From IMG/VR virus record IMGVR_UViG_3300042296_001032: DNA of 64,000 nucleotides; one strand, given 5' to 3'. This stretch comes from a virus (taxonomy: Duplodnaviria; Heunggongvirae; Uroviricota; Caudoviricetes). Below are positions 43,353-52,401 of the stretch, in pieces. Each line of letters starts with the position of its first letter. The first letter of the stretch is position 1. The notes under the pieces were generated by a model. It ran no database searches. It was given only the letters and a program-made list of their open reading frames with translations, and was not told where the DNA came from. A program made the position numbers and the translations under genes.

Positions 43353-45560
43353 ATGAACTTAATTAAATACCTTTTTATACTAATTTCTTTTGTGACCTAT
43401 TCACAATACTGTCCTTATTTAGGACCAGACCAAATACTACCTTGTGGTGTTGGGTCAACAACATTAACTGCCGATTTTAGTCAATGTGGACCAGGTTCAA
43501 ATCCAAATCAAACAACAAACTACGGTGTTACAAATATTCCTTATGTAACACAAACAAATACTGGTACACAATTATTTATGTCGGATGATTCACAACAAGG
43601 TCCTTTTAATATTGGGTTTACATTTTGTTTCTTTGGACAAACATACAATCAATTTTGGGTTGGTTCTAACGGTTGGATTTCTTTTTCACCGGCACAACCA
43701 ACAACATTTACTTCAGCAACAATACCTAATGGTGCGGGTACAGTACCAAAAAATTGTGTCATGGGTCCTTGGCAAGATTGGCACCCAGGTTTAGGTGGGC
43801 AAATTAGGTACCAAGTTCAAGGTACAGCACCTTGTAGAAAATTAGTTGTTAGTTGGGTTGGTGTCCCTATGTTTTCATGTACAAATTTACTGGGGACATT
43901 TCATACAGTGATTTATGAATCAACAAACGTAATAGAAAATTATATTCAATCAAAACCAAACTGTCTAGCTTGGGCGGGAGGTACCGCGGTTCAAGGATTA
44001 CATAATACCACAGGAACCGTGGCGATAACTGTACCAGGTAGGAATTCCACACAATGGACAGCAAATAATGATGCGTACCGATACACTCCAAGTGGACCAA
44101 CTGTTTTACCTGTACCAACATGGTATATTGTAGGTAACCCAAATCCAATTGGGGTTGGTGCGTCCATTACGGTTACACCACCTGTACAAGGAGCTAATTA
44201 TACTTGTCAACTAGTATATCCTTCTTGTAATGTTGGATGGAATACTTGTAATAGTATTGCCGGTCCAGGACCTGATACGGTGTTTGTACAACCTGGTCCA
44301 CCTAACTTACCACAACCTACAATTACTTTTATTGACCCAACTTGTTATAACTATTGTGATGGTAGTATTAATGTAATCCCTAACGGAACCAATGGTGTCA
44401 CTACTATTTCTTGGAATACTCTACAAACAACTTTTAACCCCACTAACCTTTGTTATGGTAATTATAGTTTTTTAATTACAGACGGTATAGGTTGTACCGT
44501 AACAGGTAATGCAACACTCACTAACCCAGCACAAATAATAATGACACCTATTAGTGGTCCTGATACGGTATGTTATTTATCAACATCAGAAAGTTATAGT
44601 GTACCTTCTATGGGTGTTGGTTACAACTACATATGGTCTACAACACCACAAATAATAAATGGTCAAGGTACTGATAATATAACAACGGATTGGTCATTAG
44701 AACCTAGTGGTTTATATCAAGACTCTATAAGTGTTTATTCTACTAGTCCTATTGGTTGTAATAGTGATACCTCTTACTTCACTACATTTATTTTAAACAT
44801 AAACCCTACAATAGACCCTATTGGTCCTTTTTGTGATTATGATGGTTGTGTAGATTTAGTGGGTTCACCTTTAAATGGTACTTTCTTAGTCAATGGGGTT
44901 CAGACTGATGAATTTTGCCCACAACAAGGTATCATAACAAACAATGATGTAACTTATACATATACACAAAGTAATTGCCCATTTGATACAACAATCAACG
45001 TTATTGTAAACCCACAACCAATCATAACATCTGTAACACCTTCATATGAATTTAACCAACTTTGTGAAGGTGATAGTATTTTTAGAATCTATACAGCTTA
45101 TTCATCTTTATCTGGGTTGTTTGATTGGGTTGTTGAAGGTGATACAATACAAGATAATAGTTTACCTTATGTTTGGAATAATGTTGGTTTTTATACAATT
45201 AGCGTTTCCCAAACGGTTAATGGTTGTGTTTCTAATGAAGAACAAGCTAATATAGCAATACAAGAATGTCCACAAGAATTAATTTATATACCTAATACAT
45301 TTACCCCCGATGGTGATGCTTTCAACAATATTTGGTTACCAATATTTACTGATGGGTTTGATGTCTATGATTATAATTTATTGGTATTCAATAGATGGGG
45401 TGAAACAATTTTTGAATCATACAATCATACCGTTGGTTGGGATGGTACTTATAATAATAAAATGTGTTTTGATGGGATTTATGTTTGGAGAATAATGTAT
45501 GGGTCTGAGTATGATGACTCACGTAAAATGATAACAGGACATTTAACAATTATGCGATGA
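43353..45560 (+). CDS. Large secreted Cys/Thr/Asn-rich protein with a gliding-motility-type C-terminal domain (CHU_C / T9SS type B CTD)
   Basis: Signal peptide MNLIKYLFILISFVTYSQ. C-terminus IYIPNTFTPDGDAFNNIW...VFNRWGETIFES...WDGTYNNK matches the PNAFTPNGDGxND gliding CTD. Confidence 0.65.
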   Translation: MNLIKYLFILISFVTYSQYCPYLGPDQILPCGVGSTTLTADFSQCGPGSNPNQTTNYGVTNIPYVTQTNTGTQLFMSDDSQQGPFNIGFTFCFFGQTYNQFWVGSNGWISFSPAQPTTFTSATIPNGAGTVPKNCVMGPWQDWHPGLGGQIRYQVQGTAPCRKLVVSWVGVPMFSCTNLLGTFHTVIYESTNVIENYIQSKPNCLAWAGGTAVQGLHNTTGTVAITVPGRNSTQWTANNDAYRYTPSGPTVLPVPTWYIVGNPNPIGVGASITVTPPVQGANYTCQLVYPSCNVGWNTCNSIAGPGPDTVFVQPGPPNLPQPTITFIDPTCYNYCDGSINVIPNGTNGVTTISWNTLQTTFNPTNLCYGNYSFLITDGIGCTVTGNATLTNPAQIIMTPISGPDTVCYLSTSESYSVPSMGVGYNYIWSTTPQIINGQGTDNITTDWSLEPSGLYQDSISVYSTSPIGCNSDTSYFTTFILNINPTIDPIGPFCDYDGCVDLVGSPLNGTFLVNGVQTDEFCPQQGIITNNDVTYTYTQSNCPFDTTINVIVNPQPIITSVTPSYEFNQLCEGDSIFRIYTAYSSLSGLFDWVVEGDTIQDNSLPYVWNNVGFYTISVSQTVNGCVSNEEQANIAIQECPQELIYIPNTFTPDGDAFNNIWLPIFTDGFDVYDYNLLVFNRWGETIFESYNHTVGWDGTYNNKMCFDGIYVWRIMYGSEYDDSRKMITGHLTIMR

Positions 45561-45643
45561 ATACAGAAATAGTTATTGCTATACTAACCCCAATATTTGT
45601 TGGTGTTTGGGCCTATATTGAATATAAAAGAAATTAAAGATAG

Positions 45644-45714
45644 AGGCACCAATTGGGTTCGAACCAATGTAAGCGGTTTTGCAGACCGACCCCTAACCAC
45701 TCGGGCATGGTGCC
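45644..45714 (-). tRNA. tRNA-Cys (GCA)
   Basis: GGCACCA-TG-CCCG..GGG-T-TCGGT-CTGCAAA-ACCGC-TTAC-ATTGG-TTCGAAC-CCAAT-TGGTGCC-T. Confidence 0.65.
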
Positions 45715-45723
45715 TTATTATTG

Positions 45724-45797
45724 TACACTCTGATGGACTCGAACCACCAACCCCAACGTCCGTAACGTTGTGCTCTAATCCATTGAGCTAAGAGTGT
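45724..45797 (-). tRNA. tRNA-Arg (ACG)
   Basis: ACACTCT-TA-GCTC..GAGC-A-CAACG-TTACGGA-CGTTG-GGGTT-GGTGG-TTCGAGT-CCATC-AGAGTGT-A. Confidence 0.75.
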
Positions 45798-45802
45798 AAT
45801 AG

Positions 45803-45874
45803 TATGGATGGGTGGAGTTGAACCACCGAGAAGACTGTATAAGAGTCTCATGTTAACCGTTACATCACATCCAC
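45803..45874 (-). tRNA. tRNA-Ile (TAT)
   Basis: GTGGATG-TG-ATGT..ACAT-G-AGACT-CTTATAC-AGTCT-TCTC-GGTGG-TTCAACT-CCACC-CATCCAT-A. Confidence 0.55.
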
Positions 45875-45880
45875 ATATGG

Positions 45881-45967
45881 AGGAAAGGGAGGGATTCGAA
45901 CCCTCGGTACCCTTACAGGTACGACAACTTAGCAGATTGTTGGTTTTAGCCACTCACCCACCTTTCC
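45881..45967 (-). tRNA. tRNA-Ser (GCT), class II
   Basis: GGAAAGG..ACAAT-CTGCTAA-GTTGT. Long variable arm CGTACCTGTAAGGGTACC. GAGGG-TTCGAAT-CCCTC. Acceptor 3' strand CCTTTCC. Confidence 0.7.
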
Positions 45968-46052
45968 TTTTTGGGTGTAAGGACGGTACCGACCCGTCTT
46001 TCCTAGTCCCACAAACTAGTACATCACCTTAATGCTTCAAACACCATATTGT

Positions 46053-46123
46053 TGTCCCACAAGGGTTCGAACCTCGACTCTTCGGTACCAAAAACCGACG
46101 TGTTGCCAATTACACCATAGGAC
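46053..46123 (-). tRNA. tRNA-Gln (TTG)
   Basis: TGTCCTA-TG-GTGT..ACAC-G-TCGGT-TTTTGGT-ACCGA-AGAGT-CGAGG-TTCGAAC-CCTTG-TGGGACA-A. Confidence 0.65.
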
Positions 46124-46131
46124 ATTGTATA

Positions 46132-46206
46132 GTAGGGTAAGAGAGACTCGAACTCTCACGATGCCCACGTCCCAAACGTGGTGACTTGCCAATTAGTCCA
46201 TTACCC
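46132..46206 (-). tRNA. tRNA-Pro (TGG), 7-nt variable loop
   Basis: AGGGTAA-TG-GACT..AGTC-A-CCACG-TTTGGGA-CGTGG-GCATCGT-GAGAG-TTCGAGT-CTCTC-TTACCCT-A. Confidence 0.6.
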
Positions 46207-46210
46207 TATA

Positions 46211-46286
46211 ATGGTGGTGATGGAAGGAATTGAACCTTCGACACAAGGATTTTCAGTCCTTTGCTCTACCAACTGAGCTACATCAC
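46211..46286 (-). tRNA. tRNA-Phe (GAA), CCA encoded
   Basis: GGTGATG-TA-GCTC-AGTTGGTA-GAGC-A-AAGGA-CTGAAAA-TCCTT-GTGTC-GAAGG-TTCAATT-CCTTC-CATCACC-A-CCA. Confidence 0.75.
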
Positions 46287-46291
46287 CATTT

Positions 46292-46364
46292 GCACATCCC
46301 CAAGGCCTCGAACCCTGACCGACTGGGTTGGAACCAGCCGTGCTACCAATTACACCAAAGACGC
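46292..46364 (-). tRNA. tRNA-Trp (CCA)-like gene with a G-U-rich acceptor stem
   Basis: Anticodon arm GCTGG-TTCCAAC-CCAGT. T-arm CAGGG-TTCGAGG-CCTTG. Acceptor GCGTCTT/GGGATGT pairs only with four G-U wobbles. Confidence 0.4.
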
Positions 46365-46394
46365 GTATAAAATATACAGGAAGACATGTTGTTT

Positions 46395-46844
46395 TCAAAT
46401 TTCCGCTTTGATTTTTTTATTTTTACCACAATAAGTGTTTGTTTGTGAATGGCAGTTAGGGCAAACCATCCTTAAATTATCCAATTTGTGGTTGTGTGAG
46501 TCACCATCAATATGGTCTAATTGCATTGATAACTCTATATTATTCCAATCTATTATACCGCAAATATCACACTTATTTTCTTTAACCCCTTCTTTCAATA
46601 ACCTTTTTTTTAATTTTAAGGTTTGGTAGTACGGATGTTTACCTTCTATAATCTCGTTTAAAGGTATTTTTTGTTGTTCAGGTTTAAAGTTTTTATCTTT
46701 CCAGGCTAAACCAATTTTTTTTGCCCTTCTCCATAATGACACAGTAGTCATTTTTAATTCTGCGGATGCCTGATGTAGTGTGTCGTATTTGTCATATGCC
46801 AACTTTATTTCTTCATCAGTAATTTTAACTTCTCTCTGTTTCAT
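46395..46844 (-). CDS. HNH homing endonuclease with an N-terminal DNA-binding region, inserted in the tRNA array
   Basis: DHIDGDSHNHKLDNLRMVCPNCHSQ HNH motif. Flanked by tRNA-Trp-like and tRNA-Tyr-like genes. Confidence 0.65.
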   Translation of the reverse strand: MKQREVKITDEEIKLAYDKYDTLHQASAELKMTTVSLWRRAKKIGLAWKDKNFKPEQQKIPLNEIIEGKHPYYQTLKLKKRLLKEGVKENKCDICGIIDWNNIELSMQLDHIDGDSHNHKLDNLRMVCPNCHSQTNTYCGKNKKIKAEI

Positions 46845-46910
46845 AATATTCTTTTATTATAAATATAACAAACAGAGTTAAAATCCACTTATATTACATT
46901 TATTTTTTTT

Positions 46911-46994
46911 TGTGGGACCTGGTGGACTCGAACCACTCCCGCGAGGACGAAATTTACAGTTTCGCTGCCGTATCCAAACGACTTTCAGTTCCCA
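46911..46994 (-). tRNA. tRNA-Tyr (GTA)-like class II gene, imperfect acceptor/D region
   Basis: Anticodon arm CGAAA-CTGTAAA-TTTCG. Variable arm TCCTCGCGGGAG. T-loop TTCGAGT. The acceptor pairs 6 of 7 only after a 1-nt shift. Confidence 0.35.
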
Positions 46995-47123
46995 AGTTAG
47001 GAAAGGGGAAGATGGTTGTGTGGACATCCCCTTTTACGATTGGCTTTACTCGGACAGTTACAACTCCGATATAACCACGACTACTGACACGTTAACGTTA
47101 TATCATTCCCCAATCAACCTCAG

Positions 47124-47195
47124 CGACTCAGACAGGACTTGAACCTGTAACGGCCACATTAACAGTGTGGAGCTCTACCAATTGAGCTACTGAGT
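47124..47195 (-). tRNA. tRNA-Asn (GTT)
   Basis: GACTCAG-TA-GCTC-AATTGGTA-GAGC-T-CCACA-CTGTTAA-TGTGG-CCGTT-ACAGG-TTCAAGT-CCTGT-CTGAGTC-G. Confidence 0.75.
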
Positions 47196-47236
47196 CATTA
47201 CTAATACCAATACATCAAAGAACTTTTTCTTTTTTG

Positions 47237-47310
47237 TCGATGTGGGAGGGCTCGAACCTCCGACCTACACCTTATCAGAGTGTCTATCTAACCAACTGAT
47301 ATACACATCG
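47237..47310 (-). tRNA. tRNA-Ile (GAT)
   Basis: CGATGTG-TA-TATC-AGTTGGTTA-GATA-G-ACACT-CTGATAA-GGTGT-AGGTC-GGAGG-TTCGAGC-CCTCC-CACATCG-A. Confidence 0.75.
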
Positions 47311-47325
47311 TTTTTTTTTATAAAC

Positions 47326-47356
47326 AAAAAACCCAACTCTTTTGGAATTGGGTTTG
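47326..47356 (-). terminator. Terminator AACCCAA-ctcttttggaa-TTGGGTT with T-run on the minus strand
   Basis: 7 bp stem. A-run on the plus strand upstream. Confidence 0.45.
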
Positions 47357-47550
47357 TTATATTTTTATTTACTTCTGTGATTAAATTATTTCCTCACTTC
47401 CATTTACACATAACATACCCTTACCATTGTTAATAAAACACGGCTGATACCACTGATTACGATTGCTGATATGTATGTTATTTGTTATCATTTTTTTATT
47501 CTTATTAATTAAATATGTTACAAAGATAATAAAAGTTTTTAAATTGTCAA

Positions 47551-47760
47551 TTAATTTGTAAAATTTATGTGTGTAAATAATTTTTTTGCCGCTTCGATAG
47601 GGAAACTACTCCCCCATTTTGTAATATGGGTAACATCGTCAAGTTCGTTACCACCCTTCGCCACACCAATATATGCTTTATACCCATCATAGGGGTCTTT
47701 AACTAAAACAATACCAACTGTTTGGGATGTTGTGAACCAAGTATAATCAATTATTTCCAT
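47551..47760 (-). CDS. Hypothetical protein
   Basis: 69 aa ORF. Confidence 0.4.
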   Translation of the reverse strand: MEIIDYTWFTTSQTVGIVLVKDPYDGYKAYIGVAKGGNELDDVTHITKWGSSFPIEAAKKLFTHINFTN

Positions 47761-47934
47761 AAGACAAAGATATTACTTTTTTCCGTAATAATCAAAATAC
47801 TCTTTTCTGTCTTTTGAGACTGTCAGTAATAAAAATGTGATTGTTGTTATTATTAGTGTTAATAATATTATTTTCATATAACAATATATAGGTCATAAAA
47901 GTAAAAAGGACAAATATCTAATGTTAAGAAATCT

Positions 47935-48363
47935 TTAATAATTTACGTTTATTAACCCAGGGTAAACCCACCAACATCTATTATCACACATATTAGCAAT
48001 CTCCCCATTTTTTTCACCACTAAAATTGTCACTAATCCCATCATGTCCATTAGTACTTTCATAAAATTTTAATAATAATACTTCTACCTCTTTAGTATAA
48101 CAACCATTTGTTTTTACCCTCATTTTTGGTACCACTTCTACTAATATTACTTTTACTTCAGATTCATAATCAACATCATCTGGGAAGTATTCATCAACAC
48201 AATCATCAGTCATAACTTCAGATTTAAGATTTATTGTAAAAGATTCACCTTTTAATTTGTTATGATATAAATCCCAACCATCTATAATTGGTGGTATCTC
48301 ATCTAGCCATGCCCAATCTGGGTCAGTAGATTCTTTTAATATTTTTTTAATTAAATTTCTCAT
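47935..48363 (-). CDS. Leader-family protein (MRNLIKKILKESTDPDWAWLDEIPPIIDGW)
   Basis: 142 aa. Leader plus ESTDPxWxWL module. Confidence 0.6.
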   Translation of the reverse strand: MRNLIKKILKESTDPDWAWLDEIPPIIDGWDLYHNKLKGESFTINLKSEVMTDDCVDEYFPDDVDYESEVKVILVEVVPKMRVKTNGCYTKEVEVLLLKFYESTNGHDGISDNFSGEKNGEIANMCDNRCWWVYPGLINVNY

Positions 48364-49739
48364 TATATTTCGTAAAAATCTACCATATTAGAGGATACCC
48401 AAAAGTAACTAATTTTATTATCATCTATATCATAAAAATATAATTGTAAAGTAAAAACTTCATCTTCTATTTCTGAATCACAATGTATTCGATTATAAGA
48501 TATTGTATCAGTTTTGGTGACAACACCGTAATACCCTTGTACAAATATTCTTGAATTATCACCACATGACTCAATAGCGTCTCGTAAATCTTCTTTTACT
48601 TCTATTTTATATTTTTTATGTAATTCAACCATTTCAAATGGGATTGTAACAGGTACATCATTTAGCCACTCCCATTCTGGGTCAGTAGATTCTTTCACTA
48701 ATTCAGGATTTTGATAATCTTCAAAAACCTTTTTAACTTGATTTAAATTGGTATATAATTCATATTCATTGTTAAATGTGTCACCATCTTCTAACCATTC
48801 AAAAATTGACCTGTCAGCTACATCATAACCCCAATAACCAACGGACAATAAACTGGGTTTGTTTTTTTCTACAAAAAATGAGACTGATATTACAGCATTA
48901 GAAGGGTTATAGTCACTACCCTCTAATTCATCCCTACTATTTTCTAAACCACTATGTAAATTTTCTCTTACATTACCTCTAGGTAATTCACCACCATTAT
49001 AAGTTTCTATAATATCACAAAATTCATCAATTTCATCATGGTCACGAAGATAAACCACACCTTGTGGATGTCCATTATAATTTGGTTGTACCCCAGTATT
49101 TTTAGCCCAATCAAAATCGTCACCAAATTCTATTTCATCTTCTTCTGACATTGTATCTTCTGATGATTTTGAGACACCACCTCCATCACCTTGTACCCAT
49201 TGGCTTTTTGCTGTATCGGTTGTCCAATTGTTAGTGTCAGGGCCATAATAGTTATCAGTACCCCAATTAGGGTCTTTATCCCAATTAATTGTGTCTTTAT
49301 CAGACCAATTTAAACTTTCTTTTAAATTTTGTTCTTCTTTGATTTTGATGTACTCATACACTTCTCTACCGTCAATATAAATACTATTATTTTTTTCTTC
49401 GTCATCATCAAAAGAAAACTCCATAAAACATACATAATTTTCTGTGGGATAATAATCATTATCTTCACTACCGCAATGAATGACAACACCATCATAATCT
49501 CCTAAATTTTTAAACTTAGTTTTTCGTAACCCACTAATGTTTGGTAAACATTTTAAAATGTAATCAGCAACAACACTAATTTCATCTTTAGTCATTTTAG
49601 TTAAATCGACCCAATATTCGTGTTTACCATCAAACTCAAAATTCCAATTTTTAAAGGTCGGTTCGATTTCATTAAACCAATTACCTAACTCATCAGAATT
49701 TTCTTTTAATATCTTTCTAATTCTATTTCGCATTTCCAC
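48363..49739 (-). CDS. Leader-family protein with an internal duplication of the ES(T)DPxWxWLN(D/E)(I/V)P module (MEMRNRIRKILKENSDELGNWFNEIEPTF ... ESTDPEWEWLNDVPVTIPF)
   Basis: 458 aa. ATG overlaps the stop of 47935..48363. Confidence 0.6.
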   Translation of the reverse strand: MEMRNRIRKILKENSDELGNWFNEIEPTFKNWNFEFDGKHEYWVDLTKMTKDEISVVADYILKCLPNISGLRKTKFKNLGDYDGVVIHCGSEDNDYYPTENYVCFMEFSFDDDEEKNNSIYIDGREVYEYIKIKEEQNLKESLNWSDKDTINWDKDPNWGTDNYYGPDTNNWTTDTAKSQWVQGDGGGVSKSSEDTMSEEDEIEFGDDFDWAKNTGVQPNYNGHPQGVVYLRDHDEIDEFCDIIETYNGGELPRGNVRENLHSGLENSRDELEGSDYNPSNAVISVSFFVEKNKPSLLSVGYWGYDVADRSIFEWLEDGDTFNNEYELYTNLNQVKKVFEDYQNPELVKESTDPEWEWLNDVPVTIPFEMVELHKKYKIEVKEDLRDAIESCGDNSRIFVQGYYGVVTKTDTISYNRIHCDSEIEDEVFTLQLYFYDIDDNKISYFWVSSNMVDFYEI

Positions 49740-50044
49740 TGACCCTCGTCATTTTTGTCACCACTTTTCTTATGTTTTTTACGAATAATCAATCTCATTA
49801 AATTAACTATTTTGTTAAAATAAATAAATTCCGCTGATTCAGGATTTATTTCATAAGTTTTATTAAAGTGGTTTATTAGTTTAACAGCATTAATTAAATC
49901 CTCCCTATTTTTAACAGAAAGAACTAATTTTTTTAATCTATTAAAAGCCTCATCTTTTGATTCAGTTTTTTTAAATTTAAAAAATCCCAATAACAATAAA
50001 AATCTATTGAAAAGGTTATTTTGCACGTTAAATTCATTTAACAA
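49706..50044 (-). CDS. Hypothetical basic protein
   Basis: 112 aa ORF. Overlaps the next start by 34 nt. Confidence 0.4.
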   Translation of the reverse strand: MLNEFNVQNNLFNRFLLLLGFFKFKKTESKDEAFNRLKKLVLSVKNREDLINAVKLINHFNKTYEINPESAEFIYFNKIVNLMRLIIRKKHKKSGDKNDEGQWKCEIELERY

Positions 50045-50063
50045 TAAATATCGGCAAAATTAA

Positions 50064-50489
50064 TTAAATAAACTTATGTGGGGATATTTCTATTTTAAAA
50101 CCAATGGAACTTTCAAAAATATTTTTTAGACTCCAAGAACCATCGTCATAAACTTTAGGTTCGAATGTTTCGTATTGGGAATCGAAATAAAAAAGATGAC
50201 CGATTGGTCGGCCTAATGGTTGTACGGTTATTAAATCTTGAGCAAGAAGAGTATTAATAATTTCTCTATCAATACTTCTAGCCCATTCCTCAGATAATAA
50301 CCTCGTTAATTCAGCCTCAGCGTCTATCCCGTGGTATGCTTGTAAATCTTGTGCTAATTCGGGTGACCATGTTGCACGTATTGTTCTTGCACCCGCATTA
50401 ACAGTGTAAGAATTAAAATTAAAATTTATTGAATTGTCAAAATTAAATTTAGGTATTTTGCGTATCGGCTCCAAGTGTAACTCTCCCAT
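50064..50489 (-). CDS. Hypothetical protein (ATWSPELAQDLQAYHGIDAEAELTRLLSEEWARSIDREII); possibly the downstream half of a frameshifted gene
   Basis: 141 aa. Overlaps 50449..50685 by 41 nt in another frame. Confidence 0.4.
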   Translation of the reverse strand: MGELHLEPIRKIPKFNFDNSINFNFNSYTVNAGARTIRATWSPELAQDLQAYHGIDAEAELTRLLSEEWARSIDREIINTLLAQDLITVQPLGRPIGHLFYFDSQYETFEPKVYDDGSWSLKNIFESSIGFKIEISPHKFI

Positions 50490-50685
50490 AAAAATTGTTA
50501 TTCACGATTTTTCGTGCATACCTTGAAGCAATCCCTTGCCTAGGTCTAAAATCTTCTTCTATAAACATAGGTAAATATGGTGCGTAGATATAATCAGTCT
50601 CTATAATAGTATTACCCTTATATCCTAAGATTTCATTTATACCATATAAAAAACTATGTATTTTTAAAAGTTTTTTTGGTTCCAT
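50449..50685 (-). CDS. Hypothetical protein; possibly the upstream half of a frameshifted gene
   Basis: 78 aa ORF directly abutting 50689..51594. Confidence 0.35.
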   Translation of the reverse strand: MEPKKLLKIHSFLYGINEILGYKGNTIIETDYIYAPYLPMFIEEDFRPRQGIASRYARKIVNNNFYGRVTLGADTQNT

Positions 50686-50688
50686 TTA

Positions 50689-51594
50689 TTAGATTTCATC
50701 ACCATTTTTATCGAATTTTAATTCGTTATTATCTATATCAAACATAATAATACCATAATCGGTAGGTGAAGCAGTAAAGTCAATCTTTCCATATTTTTTT
50801 AATCCTCTAGATTCTTTTGCCTGAATCTCATTACTCTTAACTTGTATCGTATAAACCTCACCACCAGAATTCACTATAAGGTCTACACCAAAAATCATAT
50901 CAACAAAGTCCCCATCACCCCCCTGATACACTGTATCTATTTGAGCCTTTGTTAAAATGTTTTTAACATCGTTTTCAGCTTTTTCACCTATTTTTGATAA
51001 GTGTTTTGTATTTCTTACGAAAGATTTAAACTCATCTAATTTTATATACTTATCTATAACTCTTTCTAACTTATCTTTAATAGATATAAGATACTTCCTT
51101 AATCCTAAAGCGTTTTTATCTTTTAGGGTACCTACCATATTACCTCTGATAAATAATTCTGTTAATAGTTCAGCTAAATCAGAATAATTTGTGTTTAATT
51201 TATTAATAGAATCCCATTTACCATTATCATCATAAACTCTATTAACAGATTTCATGGCCTCATTTTGATAGTAGTCATTTTCTTTTGAGATATAATCATA
51301 TCTACCTGATTGATTGTATTTACCTGTTTCCCATAAAATAGCTAGTGGTTCTTGGTATTGATTGTTTAAATCAACAAGTTTTTTCATTTGGTTGGTTTTA
51401 AAATCAATGATTCTTTGTAAACCTAAACCATCCTCTGAATATAAAAATTTACCAAGAGAATTTAAATTTGAACATAGGTTCTGCTGGTCCTCATCTTTAA
51501 AATGGGAACATATTTTATAACTGGTGTCTTCGTAATCATCGAACAATGATAATTGTTCTTCTCTTAATACTTTTCTAATAGTTTTTTTCATCAA
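50689..51594 (-). CDS. Leader-family protein (MMKKTIRKVLREEQLSLFDD)
   Basis: 301 aa. Conserved leader. Confidence 0.55.
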   Translation of the reverse strand: MMKKTIRKVLREEQLSLFDDYEDTSYKICSHFKDEDQQNLCSNLNSLGKFLYSEDGLGLQRIIDFKTNQMKKLVDLNNQYQEPLAILWETGKYNQSGRYDYISKENDYYQNEAMKSVNRVYDDNGKWDSINKLNTNYSDLAELLTELFIRGNMVGTLKDKNALGLRKYLISIKDKLERVIDKYIKLDEFKSFVRNTKHLSKIGEKAENDVKNILTKAQIDTVYQGGDGDFVDMIFGVDLIVNSGGEVYTIQVKSNEIQAKESRGLKKYGKIDFTASPTDYGIIMFDIDNNELKFDKNGDEI

Positions 51595-51605
51595 TAATAA
51601 ATATC

Positions 51606-52400
51606 CTAAGATTTCTTTAACTTTTTATGTGCATTAACATTGTTTTGATTATATTCAACAACACTTAAATTCATTTCAGGTTTACTCGTTAATAAAACAT
51701 AATCACCTTTACCTTTTTGTTCTTTCCATAACAGGTCAACTTCTTTTGGGTATATTTTGTTCCATACTACCGTAGATTCTCTTCTTAAAAGTTCTTTTGA
51801 TTTTTTATTCAGGGGGTATATATATCTAAATTGTTTTCCTCTAATTCTACGAATACCTTTTATTTTTATAAAATCAGGGGTCATCCAAAATAATTTTTCT
51901 TTACCCGAAAATTCAGCATTTTCTTTCAATAAAGCTTTTGAACTTCTTGGGTGTATTTTCTCCCCTAAAGGTGATATGTAGATATCGGTCCAAATAAAAT
52001 TACCATAATAAAAATTAGACCCTTGGTACACATACCCAACTTTACCCACAATTCCATCTGCCCATGTATAAAGAAATTTCTTTTCAGGTAAATTAGTTTT
52101 CATCCATCTAACTACTTGAGCTAACATCTGTGACTCTGAATTTCTAGGCATAGAATCATCCATACACATCTTACCAATTTCGTAATAATCCTCTGATTTT
52201 AAGTTCGGGAATAACTTTTTAATTGTTTGTAAGGGTTGTGTCCCCCACCCCAATGTAACAACACCAACTAACTCATTGTTTAAAAAACAACCTAACCAAT
52301 GTTTGGTTAATTTAGGCATTACTTTTGAATAGTGTCTTTCTTGTACAAATTCTATAGCAAGAGTTTTATCTATCTCTTTAATTTCAAAAAAATATTTCAT
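51606..52400 (-). CDS. Mom-like (phage Mu DNA-modification, GNAT-fold-like) family protein, paralog 1
   Basis: FVQERHYSKVMPK...GVVTLGWGTQP resembles the Mom xHHYLxRxP ... GVxTF..PP signature. Tandem with a paralog. Confidence 0.4.
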   Translation of the reverse strand: MKYFFEIKEIDKTLAIEFVQERHYSKVMPKLTKHWLGCFLNNELVGVVTLGWGTQPLQTIKKLFPNLKSEDYYEIGKMCMDDSMPRNSESQMLAQVVRWMKTNLPEKKFLYTWADGIVGKVGYVYQGSNFYYGNFIWTDIYISPLGEKIHPRSSKALLKENAEFSGKEKLFWMTPDFIKIKGIRRIRGKQFRYIYPLNKKSKELLRRESTVVWNKIYPKEVDLLWKEQKGKGDYVLLTSKPEMNLSVVEYNQNNVNAHKKLKKS

Positions 52401-52401
52401 T

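Noticed and set aside
45597-46398. ORF-track entries 45597..45791, 45693..45953, 45808..46032 and 46201..46398 inside tRNA array F
   Set aside because: They overlap cleanly folding tRNA genes (Cys, Arg, Ile, Ser, Gln, Pro, Phe) and have G/C-rich, proline/glycine-heavy translations typical of reading through tRNA sequence.
46912-47433. ORFs 46912..47142 and 47242..47433 on the plus strand
   Set aside because: They are antisense to tRNA-Tyr-like, Asn and Ile genes and to a terminator. Their composition is not protein-like.
50064-50489. Calling 50064..50489 a major capsid protein fragment
   Set aside because: The AEAEL...IDREII block is reminiscent of capsid-protein C-termini. The ORF is far too short, and I could not support the call from sequence alone.
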